Virus record (IMG/VR): IMGVR_UViG_3300031703_000003
Location: 7,497-71,496 of that record
Direction: 5' to 3' (one strand)
DNA from: a virus
DNA: 64,000 bases
Shown: piece after piece, positions 40,510-51,146 of the stretch
How the letters are laid out: the number at the start of each line of letters is the position of its first letter
Numbering within the stretch: the stretch's first letter is position 1
Translations under genes and position numbers: made by a program
Notes under the pieces: generated by a model
Told to the model about the DNA's origin: nothing
The model's database searches: none
Seen by the model: only the letters and a program-made list of their open reading frames with translations

Positions 40510-40965
40510 ATGAAATGGACAGCTATGACTTTTGAAGAGTTCTGTATAAAATTTGTCGAGTGGACTATAAGAGATGTAGAAGCAAAAAAACTTGATGGCT
40601 TTGCTGTATGTCCATTTGCCCGTAAGGCTAGAATAACTAATGCAATTCAGTTTATGGATTGCAGAGATAATAACTTAGATAGTTATAGAGCATTTGATAG
40701 AACTAAATTTGAAATTGGCATTGCGTGGGTAGATGGTAATAATATAGTAGATGTACAGACTGTACTTGACGTCTTGTCAAGCGAACATCCAGAACTACTA
40801 TACTTTACTAGTACACCAGAATCTGGGCATTTTGTTCAAAACTTTACTAATTGTGTGTTTATACAATCACGAGAGGACATAATGGAAAAGAGAGCAGTAA
40901 TGCAAAAGACCAGCTATTACGACAGCTGGCCTAAAGCTTACTTAGATAGTATTACTTCCGTGTAA
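40510..40965 (+). CDS. Hypothetical protein (CPFA motif, DUF1415-like)
   Basis: VCPFARKA motif; C-terminal YYDSWP. Confidence 0.6.
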   Translation: MKWTAMTFEEFCIKFVEWTIRDVEAKKLDGFAVCPFARKARITNAIQFMDCRDNNLDSYRAFDRTKFEIGIAWVDGNNIVDVQTVLDVLSSEHPELLYFTSTPESGHFVQNFTNCVFIQSREDIMEKRAVMQKTSYYDSWPKAYLDSITSV

Positions 40966-40969
40966 CACA

Positions 40970-41200
40970 TTATCGTGTTTTAGCTGCTTTTGCAGCCGCG
41001 TTAGATTCTTCTTTGTTTTTGTTTAATCGTTCTACAAATAATGCCAACGCATCAACAGGCATTGTCATTATTTCATTGTATGAAACTAAACCTCCCGATT
41101 TGATAACTAAATCAAAATAGCTAGACTCTGTTGCTTTTAAGTCATTGTTGTAACGTTCAACAATTTCATATATTTCACTGGGTTGTCGAGACGCTATCAA
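40970..41200 (-). CDS. Small ORF (gp51-like position), probable -1 frameshift extension of the upstream gene
   Basis: Only a TTG start with no RBS; lies in the -1 frame of 41197-42027; SYNEIMTMP motif. Confidence 0.6.
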   Translation of the reverse strand: MIASRQPSEIYEIVERYNNDLKATESSYFDLVIKSGGLVSYNEIMTMPVDALALFVERLNKNKEESNAAAKAAKTR

Positions 41201-42027
41201 CCCGCGAAAAAATTTGCAAGATCCAAGTCAATGGTAGTTTCCCACTCGTGTCCACAATCTTGGCATTTTGCGTTAAACGATGTATCAATTTGATTGTCGC
41301 TTAGATCTTCTACGCATGTCTTAATTAAATCATAATCAGACTTTGTAATTGACTGTAACCATTCTAGTATAGTAGCATAGTCAACAGTTGCTTCTGACTC
41401 AGGCGCAGTAACACTAGTAATTGAGTTAGCAATCAACTTCACTGTAATGTCTGCAATTTCAATAAACGTTTCACCAAATCTACGTTGGCGTTCTTCGTCA
41501 TCTAATTCAGCGTCACTCAAGTTCTCAATTAACTTTTGTTGCTTAATACGCTGTAGTTGAAGCCTAGTGCGATCGTATAAGTTATACGGCTTGCACGAAA
41601 GGTTAAACCCGTTGTCAAAATTAACCTCGTTTGAGCTCTCATTTAATGTTACAGTACCTAGTAACGCATTGGTACTGATGCTTAATTGGTTCATGTGATC
41701 GCATTTTGGACATTTTATATCAACATCAATTGCTTCACCGTAACTTGCTTGTCTAATAGCAATTAGTACAACCATTAGATCATTCACTGGCATTTCGTGT
41801 GGATCTCCGATACCTGGCGCACAACTTTTAATTAAACTAAAAGTAGCTTCACCGTTGAACAATGCATCTGGTGTCTTAGATACAAGTTCATCTCTTGCTG
41901 TCATACTGTATACAGCAAGTTCACCGTCTACACTTAATGTTGGCTTTGTATTATAATACCTGCCGCCACTTGGCAGTGCAACATATAACGCAGGCTTTCT
42001 ATATGCCTGAATAAGAGGATTTGTCAT
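41197..42027 (-). CDS. Baseplate hub assembly protein/chaperone, T4 gp26-like
   Basis: P.LYV.LPSGG, MTARDE, IR.ASYG, CPKC and CQDC pairs, ends NFFAG; GGAG RBS. Confidence 0.75.
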   Translation of the reverse strand: MTNPLIQAYRKPALYVALPSGGRYYNTKPTLSVDGELAVYSMTARDELVSKTPDALFNGEATFSLIKSCAPGIGDPHEMPVNDLMVVLIAIRQASYGEAIDVDIKCPKCDHMNQLSISTNALLGTVTLNESSNEVNFDNGFNLSCKPYNLYDRTRLQLQRIKQQKLIENLSDAELDDEERQRRFGETFIEIADITVKLIANSITSVTAPESEATVDYATILEWLQSITKSDYDLIKTCVEDLSDNQIDTSFNAKCQDCGHEWETTIDLDLANFFAG

Positions 42028-42037
42028 TTTTTTCTCC

Positions 42038-42068
42038 ATAAATACTGTAGTAGTATAAGTGTATTTAT
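42038..42068. promoter_or_regulatory. Face-to-face late promoter boxes
   Basis: ATAAATA on + (42038-42044) and on - (42062-42068) between divergent genes. Confidence 0.55.
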
Positions 42069-42101
42069 CAAATTAAAATACCAGTTAATTGCAAGGAAAC
42101 C

Positions 42102-45100
42102 ATGGATCAAGAACTAATACAGCAGGCAATACAGCAAATTCACGCACAATATCCGTGGGCCAGCGAAGATACAGTACAACGAATCGCACAATTGAGCAGA
42201 AGCAGCAGCATCAAGACTACTGCATTAGCTGTTGCAATACAGCAAGTAGCAGGCGCCGCTGATGCAAAGCAACTAGAAACCTACATAAAAAATGCAACAC
42301 AAGATTTAAATCGAAGTTTAGCAGATTCTAACAGAACAACTAATGCAATTGACAAGCACACACGTAACTTGGGCAGCAGTTTAATGTCCAAATCAAGCGG
42401 ACTTGAAAATATGACCGAGCTTGCTTCGGCTGGATCAGAGGCAATGAACGCAGCTGCGCATGGATTAACAGACATGTTACCAGGAAGAGCAAAAGCATTT
42501 AAGTGGGCCGCTACGTCTACTACAGGAGCAGCAGTTGCTTTAACAGGCATTGCAGCAGTGTTTGCTAAACTAATTAGTAGCCAAGAAAAACAATTACGAG
42601 CAATGATTGACTTAGGCGTTGTAATGGGAGACGTTGATAATTATACAGAAATGCGTGGACAAGCAGCCGCATTTGGTATGTCTCTTGGTGATTATCAAGC
42701 AATATTACAACAGACAGGTGCAGTTATAACATCAACATCTGGAAGCATGATTGAAGGATCAGGTCGCATGTTTAGATTCTTAACTGATGATAACATGGTA
42801 AAAAGTGTTAAGAACTTTGGATACACACCAAAGGAAACCGCGGCATTGTTAGCAGATGAGACCGCGCAATTGTTTGCTTTAAACGAAATTAACACACTTG
42901 GAGCAGTAGAACAGAAAAAAGTAATTAATAGTTTCGAGGGCGCTAACCAAATGGGTTTATACTTAGCAGACACGCTTGGTGTTCAGCGTTCAGCTATGTT
43001 AGCATCGAGGCAGCTACTGAGAGAAAATCAAGACTATCAGTTAGCATTTGTACAAAATACAAAATATTTAAACGAAACATTCGGTGATGGCGCTGCAGCA
43101 AGAAGCAGAGAAGGCGCAGATTTCCTAATGATGCTAGCGTCTGGCACAATGGGAGACACGTTTGCAGGACAACTAGCTGATGTAATAGCAGGCACTACTG
43201 CTGATATACAGTTTGATCGTAGTGCAGTTAACAACATGCTTGATCCACAATTTACAGAAATGCTACAAGGACTTGGACCTAGTGTATTCCAAGGAGTAGT
43301 AAAATTAATAGAAGACAATGCAATTGGTTCAATAAAAACTCCAGAAGATATGGCAACAAGATACACTGAAATACTTAAACTTATAAAAGGTTCATCTGCA
43401 TTGTTAGGTACAAGCTCATTTGCAGATGATGTAAACATGGCTATTGCTACAGCAACAACAGTGCCTCTTGCGTTTCTAGAAGGAACTGCGGTTGAAATAA
43501 AAGCACGACTCGAAGCCGCACAATCAAAAGTTGATGGCGCAGACGACAGTATAGAAATAGTAGGATCTGTGTCTAAGGCATTCATGCAAGGACTGCACAC
43601 TGTAACGCCAGGATTTAGTTCAATGGGAACTGTAATGACTGTTATGGAAAATTCAGTTGGCACTTTCACAGATTTCTGGTTAGATGTATTTGGATCAGGC
43701 AGCAGCAGTTCAATGACAGACGTCATGACAGACTTTCAACGAGATTCAGCAAACGCTTACCTAGCAGCCCCTGGTTTTAACGTCAATGATAATTTGCCTA
43801 TTCGTACAAACACATCTGTTAGTGGAACACTGACAGTGGAACAAGCAACAACTAGTGTCAGTTCCATTACTGATATAGTAAATAAAGCACAACAAGAACA
43901 TGATTCTCTTGTGGATCAATTGAATAACTTCGAAGACGGCAGAGAAGTAGATCAAGTACAGGTAGAATTACTTAAACAAAATATAATAGATGCCAGAGCA
44001 AAGCTACAAACTATTAGGTTAGACGAATTTGCAAAATCTAAAAGCAGAGAAACATTAATAAAAGACTTAATGGAAACAGGCTATAACATACACAGCGATA
44101 TTAGATCAATTGCGTTAGAAAACAAACGTAACGACTTAGTTGACATTGAGGCTGCAATAGAAAAAGCAAAGATTGAAGGCGAAACAGCTACAGTTACCGC
44201 GCTAGAACAAGAAAGAACACAAGCACAAACTATAGTAAGCGATGCTATACTTAAAGTTACTGAACTAGAAAAGAAAGCAGAAGAAAATCAATTAGAACAA
44301 GATTCAGCAGCTGAAGCTGCAATATTAGCACAACAACGATTCAGAGATCAACACATTGCAATTGATATATTAAAAGAACAACTAACAGCCGCAAATGATC
44401 CAGATAAGTCGGCGTATGTAGCATTGGAAAATGTGCTAATTGCAAATAATGTGCTCTTAACTCAAAAGCAAGCGGCATTAAATGATGCATTAGTAGTGCT
44501 CAATCAGACTAAAAATCAAACACCTGCTACTGTAACAACTAGTAGTAATTTCGAAGCAGGCGCATCATTGCAAGGTGTAATGTTAGCTGAACTTACTAAA
44601 CAAGGAATAACTGATCCAACAGCACAAGCTAATATACTAGCTATGATACAAGGTGAATCAGGTTGGCAAATGCAATCAGAACGCAGTTATAAAAACACAG
44701 ACAACGATAGAATTCGATCAGCAATGGGTAACAGAGTACAACATCTTAATGAGTTTCAGCTTACACAGTTAAAGCAAAACGACCGCGAGTTTTTTGATGT
44801 AGTATACAGCAATATAGGCGGATATGATTACAGAGGACGAGGTTTTATTCAACTTACTGGTGAACAGAATTATAAATTAGTAGGTGAGATGATTGGTCAG
44901 GATTTACTTGGCAATCCAGATTTAATGAATACTCCGGAAATTGCCGCCCAGGCAAGTGCTGCATACTTTAATCTCCCATGGTGGCAAAAATATCAAGATA
45001 ATCTCGATAACATGTATACAGCATACAAAGTTGTATATGGAATAGACCCTAGAGACATGGCGCCAGGCGCAGCACAGGATATGAGATTAACTGATATTGC

Positions 45101-45377
45101 AGAACGCCAGGTATTTGCAGGTGAATATTCACAAGCATTGAATTCAGGAAAGCTATCAGCAGCTAATACAATTGCACCAGCAGCAATCGATGCACAGACA
45201 AAGATTAGATCTCTTCAACATGATATTTCAATGATCATAGACGAAGACGGCGATGGAATAAATACAGCTACAAAGGAATTATCAAATGACCAACTAGGAA
45301 CATTGATAGCACTAGAACGTCAACTGACTGCTGAAATTGAAACCTTAGCTAAGTTAATGGATACAAGCGGAGCATAG
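42102..45377 (+). CDS. Tape-measure-like virion protein with C-terminal GH19 (chitinase/lysozyme-like) domain
   Basis: Long helical/coiled-coil region; ILAMIQGES...E...YRGRGFIQLTG..NY...DLL.NPDL. Confidence 0.7.
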   Translation: MDQELIQQAIQQIHAQYPWASEDTVQRIAQLSRSSSIKTTALAVAIQQVAGAADAKQLETYIKNATQDLNRSLADSNRTTNAIDKHTRNLGSSLMSKSSGLENMTELASAGSEAMNAAAHGLTDMLPGRAKAFKWAATSTTGAAVALTGIAAVFAKLISSQEKQLRAMIDLGVVMGDVDNYTEMRGQAAAFGMSLGDYQAILQQTGAVITSTSGSMIEGSGRMFRFLTDDNMVKSVKNFGYTPKETAALLADETAQLFALNEINTLGAVEQKKVINSFEGANQMGLYLADTLGVQRSAMLASRQLLRENQDYQLAFVQNTKYLNETFGDGAAARSREGADFLMMLASGTMGDTFAGQLADVIAGTTADIQFDRSAVNNMLDPQFTEMLQGLGPSVFQGVVKLIEDNAIGSIKTPEDMATRYTEILKLIKGSSALLGTSSFADDVNMAIATATTVPLAFLEGTAVEIKARLEAAQSKVDGADDSIEIVGSVSKAFMQGLHTVTPGFSSMGTVMTVMENSVGTFTDFWLDVFGSGSSSSMTDVMTDFQRDSANAYLAAPGFNVNDNLPIRTNTSVSGTLTVEQATTSVSSITDIVNKAQQEHDSLVDQLNNFEDGREVDQVQVELLKQNIIDARAKLQTIRLDEFAKSKSRETLIKDLMETGYNIHSDIRSIALENKRNDLVDIEAAIEKAKIEGETATVTALEQERTQAQTIVSDAILKVTELEKKAEENQLEQDSAAEAAILAQQRFRDQHIAIDILKEQLTAANDPDKSAYVALENVLIANNVLLTQKQAALNDALVVLNQTKNQTPATVTTSSNFEAGASLQGVMLAELTKQGITDPTAQANILAMIQGESGWQMQSERSYKNTDNDRIRSAMGNRVQHLNEFQLTQLKQNDREFFDVVYSNIGGYDYRGRGFIQLTGEQNYKLVGEMIGQDLLGNPDLMNTPEIAAQASAAYFNLPWWQKYQDNLDNMYTAYKVVYGIDPRDMAPGAAQDMRLTDIAERQVFAGEYSQALNSGKLSAANTIAPAAIDAQTKIRSLQHDISMIIDEDGDGINTATKELSNDQLGTLIALERQLTAEIETLAKLMDTSGA

Positions 45378-45378
45378 C

Positions 45379-48309
45379 ATGGCAGAAAAAACAAACAACA
45401 TTACATTACCAACTGGCGACACAGTATCTATACCTGCCTGGGCTAGCGAAGAAACAATGAATCGAGTTGCTTCATATATGTCAGCTACTAACAAAACAGA
45501 CCAGCAATTTGTAAAGCTAATGAAGGGAATGGGCAGCGACATGAACTCGTTGCAAAAAACTATTGCAAGCATGGTAGATGCAACTCAGCGCGACAACGCT
45601 CAAGACCAAGTACAACAAGAAAGCAATGAAGAATTTAGTAGCAAAGTAGTAAAAGCATCAAAGGGAATAAACAAAGTAATGGGCTTCTTTGACCAAGCAG
45701 ATAAGCCACTGACTGCATTAACTACAGGCGCTAGCAGCCTTGTGTCAGCTTCACAAAAATCTAAAACTGGAATATTAAATTTTTCTAGCATGATGGATAC
45801 TGGTAGCGCAGGAATGGCAGCACTTGGCACTGCGGGAAATGTTGCAATTGACGCAGTACTTGCATACGCAGGCTGGAATGCTGCAAAACTAGAACAGTTC
45901 GCAGTTGCTCAGTCAAAAATAATAGACGCGGGTGTATTGTACGGTGAAGGCGCATCTGCATTTGACGATATAAGAAAGCGCACAATTGATTCTGGTAATA
46001 CATACACTTCGTTGATAGACAACGTGCATCAGTTTGGAGAAGGGATGCTAGGACTCGGCGACACAATGGGCGCTGGCGTAAGTACATTTACAAAGTTTTA
46101 TGCAGCATTGGACCAGACAGCAGAAGGCTTAGGCGATTTAGGATTAAAATCAGTTGATATGCAAAAAGCATATGCAGAGTATATATCTTATTCGCGTAGA
46201 ACAGGAAGAATTAACAAAGACTTAAACAACAGTGCAAGCCAAGTAAACAAGAGATTCATTGATTTACAAATAGAAGCAGGCGCAGTTGCAAGTCTAACAT
46301 CATTAGAACGATCTGAAGCAATGAATCGTTCACTGCAATCAGTTGATCAGTTCGGTGAAGCCGCACAAATGACTCTAAGGCAACACGGGTTACCAGGTCA
46401 TGCAGATGTATTAGAAGCAATCACAATGCAACTTGGAAGAGTGGCACCTGATATGAAGATGATGCAAACAATACTAGATGCGTACCAGCGCGAAGCATTT
46501 GAAAAAGCAGGTAATGGCAACATGGCAGATTTTGATATATCTGCAAGAATAGAAACAATGATGCCAGGGCTAACAGCCGCAGTAAGCAATGTAATGCCTG
46601 GATTTATTAATGGATTAGAAGAATTAACACGTAGCGGAACAGCAAGTGCAGACGACATATCTGGTTATGTTGCAAAGGCAATAAAAGCTGCAGATGTGGA
46701 AATTCGTTTAGCATCACAAGGCTCATCAGCTGACAGTGTAGCTGGTATGGTATCTGAACTTCAGACAGCAGCAATTACCGTGAATCGACAACAAGGAAAT
46801 TTAGCAGAAGATGGTGCATTAGACCAAGCTATACTAGAACAACGTAATAATTTAAAATCTGCAGGATTAGTTACAACACAAATGAATAACATGACTACAC
46901 GGTTCTTGCAATTACAAGAAACATTAACAATGGATATGGAAACAACCGCAGGCATGTTTGATAAACTAAATACCGTGTTAGCAGGAAGTAAAGAAAAACT
47001 CCAAAAGCTTTTGAAATTCGCTGGCGTTGATAATAATAACGATTTTGGTGGAATCGATGGATCTGATCCAACTGCAAAAACAACATCATTAAACGGCAAT
47101 GTAGTAGACAATGGTACGTATGTTTCGCCTGTATTAAATAACAGTTCAACTGATACAGCAGGGTTTACCGGAGACGCAACTGAATTAACAAGTGGTACTG
47201 GATTGGATATAAACACAGACACTGCTACTAATACAGCATTGGATTCTACTATGGCAACTTTAATTAGTAAAGATATGCTTACAGTTTCTGATTTTACAGA
47301 TTTTACACAAATATATAATGTTGAAAACACTGTTGCACAATTAAATTCACTTACGCCAGAAATGCGAAGACGCGCAACAGGCGCACTTGTTGATTTTGAA
47401 AAACAGTACCAGGGCACTGATATTAAATTAATGATCACAGACGGATTTAGAAGTAACACACGAAGCAACCAGTTAAACAGTAGCGGTATAACAGCAGCAC
47501 CGGGTGGAAGCAGTTGGCACAATTATGGCTTAGCATTTGATGCACTCGGTGTACAAAACAGCGAAATAATTGAAAACAACAACGGCGGATTTTACAAAGG
47601 CCCAAATTCTATCCTTGAAGGAATAATGAATAAGCACGGACTTGATAATGTGCAAGGTGTAAACGACCCAGGCCATTTCCAAGCAATAGAAACATCGGCT
47701 GTTGTACCAAGCAATATCAAAACAGGCGTAGTTACACCAATTGCCGCAGTACCATTGTGGCACAACTTTAGTAATCCAACAAGTGAAACAGCTGACGCAG
47801 GAACAAGAAGCAACTCAACTACAGCTAGTGCTTCAAAATCTGAAATAACAATTGCCAAAGAAGTATGGGTGCCAGGCACCCAATTCACAGAAAATCAATA
47901 TGCTGCTGTTACAACAAGCAAAGACCTAGGAAATGAAATAAGTCCTGAAATACAAGTTGCGTATGATTTAGGTCCTAAACCAAGACGTGCAGGCGGCCAA
48001 GTTGCAAGTGGAGCCCCTTACATAGTTGGAGATCAAAATGGATTAGATAGTGCTGAACTATTTGTTCCAGATGGCGCTGGAAGTGTAATGAATAACACTA
48101 GCTTGATGCAACTAATTAAATCTATTAGCGAAAATAGGTTGACAGATACGTCATCAGGTAATATAATTAAGAATAGTACAGACCTCTCTGAGTTGTTGCA
48201 TAGCAAAGAAGCCGTTGTTCAAACGCTTAAAACATTACAAACTATCGTAAAACGGTTGAATAATACGCAAAATCAAGCGATTGTAACCGACATGACTAAC
48301 TCGAGATAA
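45379..48309 (+). CDS. Tape-measure-like virion protein with M15-family peptidase domain
   Basis: DGFRS...APGGSSWHNYGLAFD...DPGHFQ; C-terminal RAGG.V..G.PYIVG...ELFVP. Confidence 0.7.
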   Translation: MAEKTNNITLPTGDTVSIPAWASEETMNRVASYMSATNKTDQQFVKLMKGMGSDMNSLQKTIASMVDATQRDNAQDQVQQESNEEFSSKVVKASKGINKVMGFFDQADKPLTALTTGASSLVSASQKSKTGILNFSSMMDTGSAGMAALGTAGNVAIDAVLAYAGWNAAKLEQFAVAQSKIIDAGVLYGEGASAFDDIRKRTIDSGNTYTSLIDNVHQFGEGMLGLGDTMGAGVSTFTKFYAALDQTAEGLGDLGLKSVDMQKAYAEYISYSRRTGRINKDLNNSASQVNKRFIDLQIEAGAVASLTSLERSEAMNRSLQSVDQFGEAAQMTLRQHGLPGHADVLEAITMQLGRVAPDMKMMQTILDAYQREAFEKAGNGNMADFDISARIETMMPGLTAAVSNVMPGFINGLEELTRSGTASADDISGYVAKAIKAADVEIRLASQGSSADSVAGMVSELQTAAITVNRQQGNLAEDGALDQAILEQRNNLKSAGLVTTQMNNMTTRFLQLQETLTMDMETTAGMFDKLNTVLAGSKEKLQKLLKFAGVDNNNDFGGIDGSDPTAKTTSLNGNVVDNGTYVSPVLNNSSTDTAGFTGDATELTSGTGLDINTDTATNTALDSTMATLISKDMLTVSDFTDFTQIYNVENTVAQLNSLTPEMRRRATGALVDFEKQYQGTDIKLMITDGFRSNTRSNQLNSSGITAAPGGSSWHNYGLAFDALGVQNSEIIENNNGGFYKGPNSILEGIMNKHGLDNVQGVNDPGHFQAIETSAVVPSNIKTGVVTPIAAVPLWHNFSNPTSETADAGTRSNSTTASASKSEITIAKEVWVPGTQFTENQYAAVTTSKDLGNEISPEIQVAYDLGPKPRRAGGQVASGAPYIVGDQNGLDSAELFVPDGAGSVMNNTSLMQLIKSISENRLTDTSSGNIIKNSTDLSELLHSKEAVVQTLKTLQTIVKRLNNTQNQAIVTDMTNSR
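48139..48167 (+). promoter_or_regulatory. Consensus sigma70 promoter inside a CDS, upstream of the portal gene
   Basis: TTGACA-17 bp-TATAAT, exact match. Confidence 0.55.
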
Positions 48310-48312
48310 ATA
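48306..48312 (+). promoter_or_regulatory. Late promoter box before the portal gene
   Basis: ATAAATA; the same box precedes other structural genes at 50196, 51770, 54211 and 57304. Confidence 0.6.
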
Positions 48313-48339
48313 CACTTACAATAAAGGTACCTTAAGACA

Positions 48340-50004
48340 ATGAGCTGGAAAAAACATTTTACAAAATACGAACCAAACAATGGTAATGCTTTTGGACAAA
48401 AAACAAATCGATGGGCAAGTTGGCTTCCAGAAGTCTACAGCGGTCAACCAAACCGAGTAGAACGATATGGTCAATACGACATCATGGACCAAGACAGCGA
48501 GATAAACTCGGCGCTTGACACCATTGCTGAATTCAGTACACAATTTGCAGCAGATACCAAACTACCATTTAAAGTTAACTACAAAGACGACGCAACTGAA
48601 TCAGAAGTCAATGCATTAGAAACAGCATTACGTCAGTGGGTAAACATCAATGAATTTGATCGTAGAATACATGGATTGTTTCGCAGTTGTATTAAGTATG
48701 GCGACCAGTTCTTTATACGCGATCCGGAAACATATAAGTTATACTGGGTAAACGTACAAGATGTGTCTAAGGTAATTATAAATGAAAGTGCTGGCAAAGA
48801 AGTAGAACAGTACCTTGTAAAAAATATTAGTTTAAATTTACAAAGCCAAGTAGTAGTTGACACTAAGCAAACACAAGATGCTCAGTCTGGTACTGCAATG
48901 CTTTCACCTAACAAAACAAATGCAGGCATTGTTAATACTGGCGGCACAAGCTCTCAAATGACAGAGTTTGCAGTAGACGCATCAAACATGTTACACATTG
49001 CACTTAGTGACGGATTAACAAACGCTTGGCCGTTTGGTAACAGTATACTTGATAGTGTATTTAAAGTGTACAAGCAAAAAGAATTATTAGAAGATAGTAT
49101 TATTATCTATCGTGTACAACGTGCTCCAGAGCGTAGAGTATTTTATGTTGATGTTGGTAACTTACCACCGCATAAAGCTATGGCATTTGTTGAGCGTACT
49201 AAAAACGAAGTACACCAAACACGTATTCCAAATATGAGCGGTGGCGGAACAAAAGTAATGGACGCTGCTTACAATCCATTATCAATAATGGAAGATTATT
49301 TCTTTGCTCAGACAGCAGAGGGTCGTGGATCAAAAGTAGAAGTATTACCAGGCGGTGACAACCTAGGTGAGATTGACGATTTAAAATACTTTAACAACAA
49401 GTTAATGCGCGGCTTGCGCATACCAAGTAGTTACTTACCAACTGGAGCAGACGATGGTTCTGCGTCATACACTGATGGACGTGTAGGCACAGCAATGATA
49501 CAAGAATTCCGTTTTAGTAAGTACTGCGAAAGATTACAAAACACTATACTTCCACCACTGGACAGAGAATTTAAAATGTTCATAAAAAACAGAGGAATTG
49601 AAGTATCAAGTAGTTTGTTCGAATTAAACTTTATTGACCCACAAAGCTTTAGCCAGTATAGAGAACTTGAACTTGACACAGCACGTGCATCTTTGTTCTC
49701 TAACTTAGAAGGCGTTCCTTATCTTTCAAGACGCTTTATATTATCAAAATATCTTGGACTATCAGAAGACGAAGTTATTAATAATGAGCGCATGTGGAAA
49801 GAAGAAAACAACACAGATGAGAATTCGTTTACAAATGATTCAGCCGCAGACTTAGGCGGCCTTGGTGTTAGAAACACTGACATTGATACGTTTGAACCAA
49901 CTGACGTAGATGCAGAAAACGATCTAGGAGATGACATGGAAGTTGATGTAGACAATCCATCTCCAATGGGTAACACAGCACCAGGAGACACTGATGAGAT
50001 TTAA
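48340..50004 (+). CDS. gp20: Portal vertex protein, T4 gp20-like
   Basis: LEDSIIIYRVQRAPERRVFYVDVGNLP, EDYFF...GRGSKVEVLPGG.NLGEIDDLKYF. Confidence 0.95.
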   Translation: MSWKKHFTKYEPNNGNAFGQKTNRWASWLPEVYSGQPNRVERYGQYDIMDQDSEINSALDTIAEFSTQFAADTKLPFKVNYKDDATESEVNALETALRQWVNINEFDRRIHGLFRSCIKYGDQFFIRDPETYKLYWVNVQDVSKVIINESAGKEVEQYLVKNISLNLQSQVVVDTKQTQDAQSGTAMLSPNKTNAGIVNTGGTSSQMTEFAVDASNMLHIALSDGLTNAWPFGNSILDSVFKVYKQKELLEDSIIIYRVQRAPERRVFYVDVGNLPPHKAMAFVERTKNEVHQTRIPNMSGGGTKVMDAAYNPLSIMEDYFFAQTAEGRGSKVEVLPGGDNLGEIDDLKYFNNKLMRGLRIPSSYLPTGADDGSASYTDGRVGTAMIQEFRFSKYCERLQNTILPPLDREFKMFIKNRGIEVSSSLFELNFIDPQSFSQYRELELDTARASLFSNLEGVPYLSRRFILSKYLGLSEDEVINNERMWKEENNTDENSFTNDSAADLGGLGVRNTDIDTFEPTDVDAENDLGDDMEVDVDNPSPMGNTAPGDTDEI

Positions 50005-50194
50005 TGACTTAGCACAGAACGCAGAAGAAGATAACTATAATAAGTGGGAACTCGACGACACTAGACGTCCTAGATTAACCTTGCGTCACTTACACAAAAT
50101 GAGAAACATGAAAGAACTAGCCAAAGCAGAACATGCAGAACAGGTAGCTGATTATAAAGATATCTATGGTGCAAATGACGCTGATGGCGTGTAA
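49994..50194 (+). CDS. Small head-module protein
   Basis: GGAG RBS; overlaps the portal stop; DTRRPRLTL..L.KMR. Confidence 0.7.
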   Translation: MRFNDLAQNAEEDNYNKWELDDTRRPRLTLRHLHKMRNMKELAKAEHAEQVADYKDIYGANDADGV

Positions 50195-50312
50195 GATAAA
50201 TAAAAGAGTAATCGTAGTCAAAACTGCGGTTTTATACGTATAATACATTGGTCTGTACCAAGACTTCTTAAATATATATGTTATAACCTGTTTAATAAAG
50301 GAGACACAAACT

Positions 50313-51146
50313 ATGAGTAATCGAGATCGTTATAAGAAGATCATTGAGAGCCTAGTGAACGGAGACGAAGCATCAGCTTCAGATCTATTACATGAGGCTT
50401 TCGTTGAAAAAGCACGTGAAATCTGGAATGATATCGTTGAAGCAGATGAAATCATTGAAGATGGCGTAGCAGAAGAAGAAATTGAAGAAGCTATCGGCAA
50501 TGAAGAAGCTGATGATTTCCTTGATGACATCGAAACAGACGAAGAAGAAATTGAAGCAGAAGAAGCATTTGGAGAAGCAGAGGAAGACGAATTAGACGAC
50601 CTTGAAGCTACAGATGAACTTGGCGACGAAGCACCAGACTTTGACATGGATGGCGAAACTGATGAACATGAATCAGAACACGGCGACATGGAAGAAAAAT
50701 TAGTTAGTGTGGAAGACGCACTAGCAGACCTTAAAGCAGAATTTGCTAAAATTATGGGCGATGACGAAGGCGAAGAAGAGGAAGGCGAATTTGAACCAGA
50801 AATGGACATTGAACCAGAATTTGAAGAAGCATTTGTTGAGTCTACAGATACTGAAGAAGAATCAGAAGAGCTTGAAGAAGCAGCTGACCTTACTAAAGTA
50901 GGCAAAGACGGCATGCATCCAGCAGATATGCCAGCAGGCGATGACGGAAAATCATCACCAGTTGCAGGCAAAAATGATATGGGTGGAAAGACAGTTCAAA
51001 CAGGCGCTAAAGCATCTGAGGGTTCTAAAAAGGGCTTATCAGACGAAAAAGCAAAAGAAATGGGCGTAGCACATCCAGGCAGTGGCGCAAGTCTCAAACC
51101 TGAAACACGCGGCCACGGCGCAGAAAAGAAAGGTAACACTGAGTAA
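50313..51146 (+). CDS. Acidic prohead core/scaffold-like protein
   Basis: Very E/D-rich; between portal and protease; AGGAG RBS. Confidence 0.65.
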   Translation: MSNRDRYKKIIESLVNGDEASASDLLHEAFVEKAREIWNDIVEADEIIEDGVAEEEIEEAIGNEEADDFLDDIETDEEEIEAEEAFGEAEEDELDDLEATDELGDEAPDFDMDGETDEHESEHGDMEEKLVSVEDALADLKAEFAKIMGDDEGEEEEGEFEPEMDIEPEFEEAFVESTDTEEESEELEEAADLTKVGKDGMHPADMPAGDDGKSSPVAGKNDMGGKTVQTGAKASEGSKKGLSDEKAKEMGVAHPGSGASLKPETRGHGAEKKGNTE

